Shown: positions 54,035 to 64,000 of the stretch, piece by piece
How the letters are laid out: every line of letters starts with the position of its first letter
Numbering within the stretch: the first letter of the stretch is position 1
From: Octopus sinensis
Lineage: Eukaryota
Reading direction: 5' to 3'
NCBI RefSeq assembly: GCF_006345805.1
Contig: NC_043010.1
Coordinates: forward strand, 39,122,001-39,186,000
Length of the DNA: 64,000 bases
Made by a program: the position numbers and the translations under genes
Notes under the pieces: model-generated
What the model was told of the DNA's origin: nothing
The model's database searches: none
The model's input: only the letters and a program-made list of their open reading frames with translations

Positions 54035-54585
54035 TATTGGGTTGTCTGGAAAGTTCGTGACCATTTATAGTAGCTTACCTTTCGACTTATTTTAGAACAT
54101 AGCTGAGTTCATAAAATAGGATTTGATTGCACCTCCATTTAGAGCACATGTTATGATATCCTTTTGTGGAAGAAGGTTTATGTTTATATAACCTGTGTTA
54201 ATTTTGTAACCCTTTAAAATGGAAGATAACAAAATTCATTTTCGGCACTTGATGCTTGGGGAACTAGACAAAAATTGCTGCAGCTCGGCTGGGATGTGTT
54301 ACCCCACCCTCCATATTCACCGGATATTGCTCCTTCGGATTTCCACTTATTTAGCTCACTGCAGAGTAGTCTTAATGGTAACAATTTCAATTCCTTGGAT
54401 GACGTAAAAAGACACCTTCATCAATTCTTTGCCATGAAACCACCACAATTCTGGTATTTTCAAGTTAAAGGGAAGATGGAGACGAATTGTGCAACAAAAT
54501 GGTTCATATTTGGTTGATTAAGAAGTATTTATTGACCTTTGTCTTTCCTTTAAAAATCGGCACGAACTTTCCGGATAACCCAATA
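54035..54585 (+). mobile_element. Internally deleted mariner element (start of transposase fused to its C-terminus)
   Basis: TIRs are tattgggttgtctggaaagttcgtg and cacgaactttccggataacccaata. MEDNKIHFRHLML is joined to LLQLGWDVLPHPPYSPDIAPSDFHLFSSLQ. Confidence 0.92.
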
Positions 54586-55260
54586 TATTTCCGAAACTTT
54601 ACGGTTCTTATTCTTCATTTTCCATTTGTCCTTCTTTCCTTAATTTTTCAGTATATGCAAGGTGCTGGTTTTGAAGTTCTTGAGAAGCCTCAAGAAATAC
54701 GCATCATTACAATTATCTCATTTATTCTTTTTTTCTTTGTATTTTGTGTTACATATGTACTTTTACTGAAGGGCGAGTAATACAAATGAAATACTCTTCT
54801 CTTGGAAAATATTATCGAAAACCCGCTTTAAATATTTATACTGTTTATTCCGGCAGGTCGTAAAATATTTAATATGACAACTTTTACTGTTAGATTCTAA
54901 TATAGCAGCACGTAGACTATCGGCCTTGGTACATGATGGCCTGGTAAAGTGTAGAGACTGGCCTCAACAAAACCCCCGCATTAGACAAATTATCCTTCTT
55001 GGCTCTGTTGATTTGGTATAAATGACCAAATCAACAGGGACCAGCATGAAGTCTGTTACAGTGATACATCATACATTTGTATACATCTATAAGACACATT
55101 GTTTCACATTATATAAGATCTAAGGCTCTCGTTATTGAGGATTCAATGTCACGGAAACTGAACTTTAAGAATTCGGATCATTCTATAATTAAACGGAATG
55201 ACTGTTTACTCATTATCATATGTGTATGAATCGAAGTAACTATACATGTAAAGAATGGAT

Positions 55261-55359
<99 letters not shown>

Positions 55360-55360
55360 C

Positions 55361-55420
<60 letters not shown>

Positions 55421-55422
55421 AT
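55261..55422. repeat. (ATCT)n microsatellite
   Basis: Read directly from the sequence. Confidence 0.97.
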
Positions 55423-55480
55423 CTCCTTTCTCTCTCTCCCTCATTCGCTCTATCTCTGCATGTGTATATATATATATATA

Positions 55481-55693
55481 TATAACGGGAAGCTTTATGA
55501 ATATAACAAAAGACGAAGGCAGGTGGAATACAAACAAACAATTGTATAGTATGGCGCTTATGAATATAAATAAAACAAGTCTTTTACGTTTCGAGCCTAC
55601 GCTCTTCAACAGAAAGATACACAGAAAAGAAACACAGAAAGAAACAAGGAGAGAAAAAAAATGCGTGCAGAGGCTAGCGAATCAACACGGCGA

Positions 55694-55697
<4 letters not shown>
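55481..55697 (-). mobile_element. Short Penelope-like repeat in (TA)n with a variant hammerhead at 55580-55617
   Basis: Minus strand reads tcttt-CTGTTGA-a-GAGC[gtag]GCTC-GAAAC-GTA-aaaga. A near-identical copy lies at 61771-61978. Confidence 0.78.
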
Positions 55698-55724
<27 letters not shown>

Positions 55725-55837
55725 GTATATATATATATATATATGTATATATAATTAATTAAGGGTGGAAATTGATATTAGTCAATTAAAACCAGTGGTC
55801 TAGCATATTAAAAAGAATCCGAAGATTAAAATATTTT

Positions 55838-56010
55838 TATATACCAATTAGGACTGAACACGAAAAGTGGACAGTCAACATGCTAGATATAGACGTCAAA
55901 TCGCCATTCTCCACAAAGAGAACATACACTTTGTGGATCATGACGATTTGACGTCTATATCTAGCATGTTGACAGTCCACTTTACGTGTTCAGTCCTTAA
56001 TTGGTATATA
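55838..56010. repeat. Inverted repeat (fold-back) with ~82 bp arms and ~10 nt loop
   Basis: tatataccaatt..gtcaacatgctagatatagacgtcaaatcg..tccacaaag and its reverse complement. Confidence 0.93.
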
Positions 56011-56022
56011 TATATATAATAT

Positions 56023-56058
<36 letters not shown>

Positions 56059-56415
56059 ATATATATATATATATATATATCACAGCATCAATTGGACACA
56101 TACCCTGTAAAGGGAAATTCGATATTTAGGAACAGTATAACGTCTCATCATATTGACCGTGTTTTCAATTCAAATTCGAAATTCGATGAGGAACTGTATG
56201 AAGCGTCCATATTACGCTGGCTGATGATAAAGAGCATAAAAATTGCGCAACCCCTTACATGCAAATTTAATAAGCTGAACAATTCAGTTGATTAAACAAC
56301 TGAAAACTTAAAAAGAGAAATTTGAGGAAATCCGTCGATGTATATAACATAATCCAAAACAAACAGACACACACACACACACATGTATATATGTGTGTGT
56401 ATGTATATATATATC

Positions 56416-56456
<41 letters not shown>

Positions 56457-57723
56457 GTGTGTGTATGTATGTATATATATATCCCTTCACACAAAGGAAA
56501 ATATTACTCAGTAGTTTAATCGATATATACATGTATATATATAGATATATATGTCTATGTCTCTCTGTCTTTCTCTCTCCCTGTCTCTTTCTCTCTAGCT
56601 ATCTATCCCTATTTGCTATCTCACTATTATACTGTTATCAAAGGTATGTTTATAACTCTATCGATAGGCGTCTATTTACAAGTAAATCATACATATACAT
56701 ATACAATCATATAAACGGATATATAAATAAACACCCTTATATATATATATGTATATATTTATATATAGAAATATGTATATATATGTATATATTTATAGAT
56801 ACATATATGTTTCTATATATATATATATATATATAAACATAAATCTATTCATACATATATATATATATAAATGACTATATAAATCTATGTACATATATAT
56901 GTGTGTATATATATATATATGTATATATTTATAGATACATATATTTTTATATATATATACACACAGTCATATACACCGTTGTGTATATCTATATGTGCTA
57001 CTCTCTGCACAGACTAACATACCGACGCAGTGTCCCTTGTGTGTGTATGCCACGAGATGATGCTATGTTTGTAAACTCTATAAGTTTGTATCATGTCGCA
57101 TCGCCCGAACAATTCGATAACATCAATTGCTATACTATCTCATAGAAAACTCATTTGAAATGCTAATTCTTGATAGCTTCTAACGATTGTCAATGCTAAT
57201 CAAACCATTCAAACTTTAATCTGGGATTTCCATTTCTTTCCCCCTTCATATGTAGAATAGTCGTGTTTGTATTTACATTACTCACAAGATTAAGAGAAGG
57301 CGCTGTGATAATTGAGATACATGAGATTATAAAAGGAAGGCTTAGTGTCAGTGTTGTTCGTTATCTACTGGCGTTAGTGGTTAAGTGGGATTGTAATCTT
57401 TTGTGATTCGACGTTTTCAAATTTGCTTAAGATTTTGATATACGCAACTGTTATAGTTATTCACTCTTGATGTTAATGCAGTATTGATATCAATGATCTG
57501 GGACGCTGCTCTCAGTTATGTTGCACCATTGTTGGTGACGGTAATGCTGCTGGCTTCTCGTGGCACTTCTACTGTTAGCTTGTCTCATGTTATTAGTTTT
57601 GAACTATTATTTAAATACTTTGCATAAACGTATGTACTGTACACATAATTTCAACACATACGTTCACACACAATCACTCATCTACCGCATTGTGTTTGTG
57701 TGTGTGTATATATATATATATAT

Positions 57724-57768
<45 letters not shown>

Positions 57769-58427
57769 ATCTACGTATTCGTGCCTTTAATGTGGCATTC
57801 GAAATAAAGCAGGACAAAGAGCTATAAAGAATTCCTTTCTCGAGAAGTGTTAATGCGAAAACATCGATAGTTATATATTTGAGATATAGACACTGTAGTC
57901 AAATGTATTGACAAAGTTATAAATACTACACACAAACACGGACACACACATACACACAAACATGCATACATACACTCAAAATCACAAACCCGTATACGTA
58001 TATAATAGTAATTGTGTGTATGTGTGTTTAATCAGTCATTTGAAATAAACAAGGCGTGCAGATTTAAGGAATATATAGTAAAAAGCCTGTAATGAGATAC
58101 CATCGGCTTATATCTAAGATATAAACTTGTATTCATATATTTTGATGGAATAATGAATGTCATATACCTACGCATACACATACATACGCACGTATGAGTA
58201 TTTCATTGTTAGTGTCTGTGTGTGTGTGTGTATCTGAGTGTACTCCTGTTTAATGTATCATGTGAAATGAAGCAAGACAGAAAGATACAACAAATATATT
58301 AAAACAGGTGGGAATGTAATAACTTTGGTGTGCGTTAAATATGTAAACACGTTTGCCCCTCTAGAGCTGTATTCACATATTCCCGATTTTATATAACCCG
58401 ATTTTAGATGAAGTCACTCCAAAAGAC

Positions 58428-58476
<49 letters not shown>

Positions 58477-58768
58477 GGCAGGGCGCGTAGGATAATTGAC
58501 GACAGATTTATGTTTATAAAATAATATATATATATATATGTATATAACAACGTACTATTCAAATTGATGTGTAATTTGGACAAGCCCCTTACGAGCTACA
58601 TACTGACATGGTTTGTCTTCTCTTTGTGCACAACCGAAATATCCTATTTGATAGTTTCGAACCATAGGCCGGAACCACTGGTTTATCCAACCTTACATGG
58701 TGCATATCTTTTCAAGTACTTGGTTCTATCTGAATCTTTATTTTATATCTATATATCGTGGCCCTTTA

Positions 58769-59135
58769 TCCGTTACGACGACGAGGGTTCCAGTTGATCC
58801 GAGCAACGGAAAAGACTGCTTGTGAAATTAACGTGCAAATGGTGACTTCACAGTCACGTGTGCCCTTAACGTTTGTTCTCGGGGAGATTCAGCGTGACAC
58901 AGTGTGTAACAAGGCTGGCGCATTGGAATACAGGTACAACAGAAACAGGAAGAAATAGTGAGAGAAAGTTGTGGTGAAAGACTACAGCAGGGTTCGCCAA
59001 CCCCCCTGCCGGAACATCGTCGGAGCTTTTAGGTGTTTTCGCTTAATAAACACTCACAACGCCCGGTCTGTGAAACGAAACCACGATCCTACAACCGCGA
59101 GTTCAATGACCTTACCAGTGGGCCATTGCGCCACC
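58769..59135 (-). mobile_element. tRNA-derived SINE (head type C with tail type X)
   Basis: Colinear with 6861-7227. Confidence 0.85.
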
Positions 59136-61287
59136 ACATATCTATATATATATATATCTTTACACACACATATAATAAGCTTCCATTCAGTTTACGTCTA
59201 CCAAATTTTCTCTCGAGGCATTCATCCTAAATAGTAATATCCTAAAATAGCTGTCGCACAGTATCAAAATAGAGTCAGTGTTATAAATTGAAACACCTCC
59301 TGTAAAATTGCTGGCTTTGTGCTGAAATTCGAAACCCTTTTGCTTGTGGAATACAAGTTATTGTAGAAATACTTTTGAGTGTCATTGTTTCGATGCGTTG
59401 CTATTTTTACTGATTCACTTTGGTGGTTGTTGTATTAATTTTCTGCATTTTTTCTTAGGTCATTTCATTCGTTATTTTCTTTATGGTCTAAGCTTTATTC
59501 TAATAATGTAGCTTATCACTGTCATTCTGCCTCCTTGTAAACTTTCCGGAAGCCTCTAGCTAAATGATTCGCAAATATCTAATTCTGTCCTTTAGAAAAA
59601 TTTCTTTTAGATTATTTTTATTATCATCTGATTTCTTCTCAGCGTTTCATCGTATTCTTTTCGATGTTTAGAATATTTAGTTTAAGAATATCATTTTTCT
59701 TTGTACTTCATAATTTTGCGCCATTGTTTCGAATATTACTTGTTTGTTTGTTTTAAATTCTATCTTAAATAACTTTTCTGTTCTCTCTTTTGTCTGTTTT
59801 ATTGCTTTCTAATTATTCCAGTATTCTCTTCATGTTTTTCTTTGACGATAGTTTTGCTTTTATTTACCTTTTTTTTGTTTGCTGGGCATGATTCGCTGTT
59901 GTTGAAGTAGAATTTCGTATTGTTACAGTTACCTTATTTTTATGTTATTTCTGTTGTTCAAGTAATTGTACACGTTGAAGAACCCAGGTGCAGAAATAGC
60001 TAATAAGGAAACTAAAGAACAAAACAAGATCATGATGTTAATCTCAATCACCAAAAAATATAATTTATTCTAAAAAGTAGAAAATACTCAACCAAGTTTG
60101 TGGCTGACACGCTAGGTAACGTATTGGACAACCAGCCTAGGTTCATATTCTGTCATCGGTACACGATATCGTAAAATGGTTATCATATGCTGTCACATGT
60201 AAATGGATGATGCAGGTGTTACGACAGTTGTAAAATTATATGATATAAAATTAATGAAAACTGCGTTGACCAGAATATATCTCTTAATTGAAATCGATCT
60301 CAGATCAAATCTTACGATCTTAAACTACAGGACGGCACATTTCATGTTGTATAAATAATTGTATAGGGAGGTGACAGTCGGAATTCCTTCGATCTTAAGA
60401 TTACAAGATAAAAACCAAAGATATATTGATATTAACGCCACAGTCTGTAATAAGAAACCCCCTTAGCAATCCTCAACATGTCGGAAATAACAGTCAAAAC
60501 TTACTTAGGCCTCTTAAAAATTGTTAGCCAAGTAAACTTAATCTGCAAACCAGTAGCGATTTTTTTTCGAATAGAAAGTTTTGTCTCTCTTATCTAGCAA
60601 ATACTATAAAAAACAGATTCAGGGCAAAAAATTATTGAAATAAATATTAAAAGGTAATAAAAATTGATGTCTATAATATATACAGTGAAATTTAGGGATC
60701 TGGAAAAGGTCAATGTGAGCAACGGGTGAATTGGATTCATAATAAAAATCAATTATTCAGGATAATATATTGAAAGTTTGTTACATTTGATGGTATATTG
60801 TTCTCGTTGCAATCAGCGAACGATATACGATTGCTTCTTGAGTATATACAATGTCTTTAAATAAAGGAGATAAACGAAATATAATTCTATATTATATTGA
60901 TTGGTTTATTCTCTACCACCATTCTGAGAGTCGGAATAGATTTTTTTTATATATGAACCAAAGATAGATTACTTTACACGTCGAACGAATTCATGGATAT
61001 AACCTTCAATTTTTCCGCATATAGTATCTTACAACCTGATAAGATAATATTACATAAGACCATGTGGTCTTCTAATTCATTAGACCTATGATATAGTCTG
61101 GTGGTTGTAATCAGAGCGAATTATTCCGATTTAATGACAAAACAAAAGAAACTTCACTACGGAAGGACACATGAACGAAGGAAAGGTCACTTGGTTTCAA
61201 AGTTCTAGTTGACACGTATTTTAATGTGTGAATGACCTACCATATGTAGATGTCTCTTTTCGCATACACTCTCTCTTTTTATTTTCA

Positions 61288-61289
<2 letters not shown>

Positions 61290-61324
<35 letters not shown>

Positions 61325-61455
61325 CTCTGTCTCTCTCTGTCTCTCTCTGTGTCTCTCTCTCTCTCTCTCCTCTCTCTCTCTGACTCTCTGTCTCTCTCTG
61401 TCTCTCTGTCTCTCTCTGTCTCTCTCTGTGTCTCTCTCTCTCTCTCTCTCTCTCT
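61290..61455. repeat. (TC)n/(TCTCTG)n microsatellite
   Basis: Read directly from the sequence. Confidence 0.93.
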
Positions 61456-61669
61456 TTTCCTTTGTATATATATATATATATATATATATTGAGAAAAAAG
61501 TCGTCAGCATTTTGGAGAAAAAATTTATTACTCTCTTTCCTTTTCTTTTTTCTCTCTTTCCCTTTTCCTTTTTTCCTTTCTTCTTTCCTTCTTTCCTTTT
61601 TCCTCCTTTTTTTCTTTGTTGAGAATTTCAATTCTTTATTCCAAATGCCGCCCGTCTTTACAAATGTTC

Positions 61670-61700
<31 letters not shown>

Positions 61701-61770
61701 ATATAATATATATATATATACCTATGTGTAGCATTGGGATGTTCTAGCCTTAAATACATATATGTATATA

Positions 61771-61977
61771 TATAACGGGAAGCTTTATGAAAATAAACAA
61801 AAGACGAAGGCAGGTGGAATACAAACAAACAATTGTATTAGTATTGCTCTCAGGAATATAAATAAAACAAGTCTTTTACGTTTCGAGCCTACGCTCTTCA
61901 ACAGAAAGATACACAGAAAAGAAACACGGAGATAAACAAGGAGAGAAAAAAATGCGTGCAGAGGCTAGCGAATCAAC

Positions 61978-61978
<1 letters not shown>
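61771..61978 (-). mobile_element. Short Penelope-like repeat in (TA)n with a variant hammerhead at 61872-61909
   Basis: Same element and same CTGTTGA-core motif as 55481-55697. Confidence 0.78.
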
Positions 61979-62008
<30 letters not shown>

Positions 62009-62169
62009 TTCGTTTTATTTTATTTACTGATTGATTTAAAAAAAATTTAATTTGCAAATATTATACTAATGTATTTTCATGCAGAAATACATACATACAT
62101 ACATACATACATACTTATATACATACACAAACACACATATATATATATATATATATTTATATATGTATG

Positions 62170-62244
<75 letters not shown>

Positions 62245-62297
62245 GTGTATGTATATATATATATATATATTATATATATATATATACATATATACAT

Positions 62298-62356
<59 letters not shown>

Positions 62357-62930
62357 GAAAATCATGAGAATATTTTTGTTTCCTTATATTTTATTATGTG
62401 TGGCTATAACATTATGTCAGTTTCAGTGACTCTTTGCACGGTAGCTGAGATAATAGTATTGTTTCATTACATTGCGAGCAACTTTTAATAAAGTATATCT
62501 GAGCCGAAGTCCGTCGAATTCACAGCACCTCATCTTCTCTTGTACAGTTCGTGAGTGTCAGGATATAACAGAACCGTCAGTGGAAAGTATTTGAATCAAG
62601 TATTTCGGTATAGAAACAATTGTATCATGTGGAGCGGCGCAATGAGACTGAAGCAGCCAACGTATTGAGGTTTAGCTTTCTGATTTGCATAGCAGTCTTC
62701 TAGTTTTACAAAACATCGGTTTGAAATTTTGTCATAAGGCGAGTATTTCTGAGGAGTGCAAATTGATTACATCGAACCCAGTCCTGAACTGATAGACAGC
62801 AAAAGCATGAAAAGCATAAGTCGGCTTCGGTGAAATTTGAACTAATGCCCGACCAAATACCGCTAAGCTTTTTGCCCGATGTGCTAACAGTTTAGCCATG
62901 TCGCCTCCTTACGAAATACCAAGGCGGTCA

Positions 62931-63371
62931 GAAGCTTACTTACCAACCACATGGTTCTGGGTTCAGTCCCACTGCGCGGCACATTGGGCAAGTGCTTTCT
63001 ACTATAGACTCGGGCCGACCAAAGCCTTGTGAGTGGACTTGGTAGACGGAAACTGAAAGAAGCCTGGCGTATATATATATATATTATATATATATATATA
63101 TGTGTGTGTGTGTGGTGTGTGTGTGTGTGTGTGTGTGCGCGTGTGTGTGTGTGTGTGTATGTTTGTGTGGCTGTGTTTGTCCCCTCAACATCGCTTGACA
63201 ACCGATGCTGGTGTGTTTACGTCGCTGTAACTTAGCGGTTCGGCAAAAGAGACCGATAGAATAAGTACTAGGTTTACAAAGAATAAATCCTGGGGTCGAT
63301 TTGCGCAACTAAAGACGATGCTCCAGCATGGCCGCAGTCAAATGACTGAAACAAGTAAAAGAGTGAAGAGT
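62931..63371 (+). mobile_element. tRNA-derived SINE family A, slightly 5'-truncated
   Basis: Colinear with 8095-8464. Confidence 0.88.
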
Positions 63372-63384
63372 AAACGACATAGGG

Positions 63385-63995
63385 TTCAGCATGTATTTGT
63401 TGTAGTAAGGTGAGCGAAATGACAAAGCATATATTTTAAGGCAAAGTACACATGAAAACCCACAGGCATGAAGTAGCTATGCAGGCGCTGCAGCAGAATC
63501 AGACGCTTCAACCCCACCAAGTAGAAAACCATGCGATTGAAAATGCCGAACCTGAGGACAAGACTGATAATACATTAGTGACAAGTCAACCAGATGACAG
63601 TTGTATAACTGTTACACAACCAGCAACATTGACCACTGCTGCGACACTTCAGAATGGAACTGTCAGCTCTAGCCTTAGTGATATTAATCAAAACGATCTG
63701 ACTGCAACTAATGCAGCTGTTTTATCTCAAACAACTATTTCAGAAGCCTTTTTAGAACAGGTATTTAACGTTCAACAGAATCTATTAGGAAACCAGCAAA
63801 ATTTTATCTTTTAACCAAGGATCAATTACGTTACCCAGCTCGCAACAGTTAACAAATGTAATAGACGTAAGTCCTTTAAACACATCCTTTGCACCTACTT
63901 TGCCGACCACTTCTCTACAAAGCATACTCTAGAAACCCACAGTATGATGCCTTCCGCTCTCCAAAATATCCCTTGTAATTTATCGATGGTCTAAA
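63385..63995 (+). pseudogene. Coding-like segment: zinc-finger-like start plus Q/T/S/N-rich region, disrupted
   Basis: The frame of ORF 63452-63814 extends upstream through one stop as SACICCSKVSEMTKHIF*GKVHMKTHRH (CxxC..HxxxxxH). Removing one T near 63810 continues it as NQGSITLPSSQQLTNVIDVSPLNTSFAPTLPTTSLQSIL. The sequence is non-repetitive with higher GC. Confidence 0.35.
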
Positions 63996-64000
63996 TTAGA

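Overview
This is very AT-rich, microsatellite-dense, repeat-dominated animal genomic DNA. The SINE families, Dong/R4 LINE and (TA)n/(CATA)n load suggest an octopus/cephalopod genome, which is an inference. No intact host protein-coding gene is supportable, and almost all listed ORFs are translations of microsatellites or SINEs. The window holds several tRNA-derived SINE families with shuffled heads and tails, four decayed Tc1/mariner elements, a 5'-truncated R4/Dong LINE, several fold-back inverted repeats and a 100-N gap. The most notable feature is a ~4.4 kb array (21396-25786) of about nine ~488-bp units inserted in a (TA)n microsatellite. Each complete unit carries a type I hammerhead ribozyme motif (stem I ATTTCTTA/TAAGAAAT, CUGAUGA, stem II ATCTA/TAGAT, GAAAC, near-palindromic stem III, GUA cleavage site), with the core intact in 7 of 9 copies. 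The monomer folds extensively with G-U pairs on one strand only, and the array has an inverted 5' segment resembling twin-primed retrotransposition. This fits a retrozyme or viroid-like circular-RNA element. At least six more hammerhead or hammerhead-variant motifs occur in other short, Penelope-like repeats, including one that appears to be fused to a tRNA-like SINE head. All structures were read by eye and are not computed or experimentally tested.
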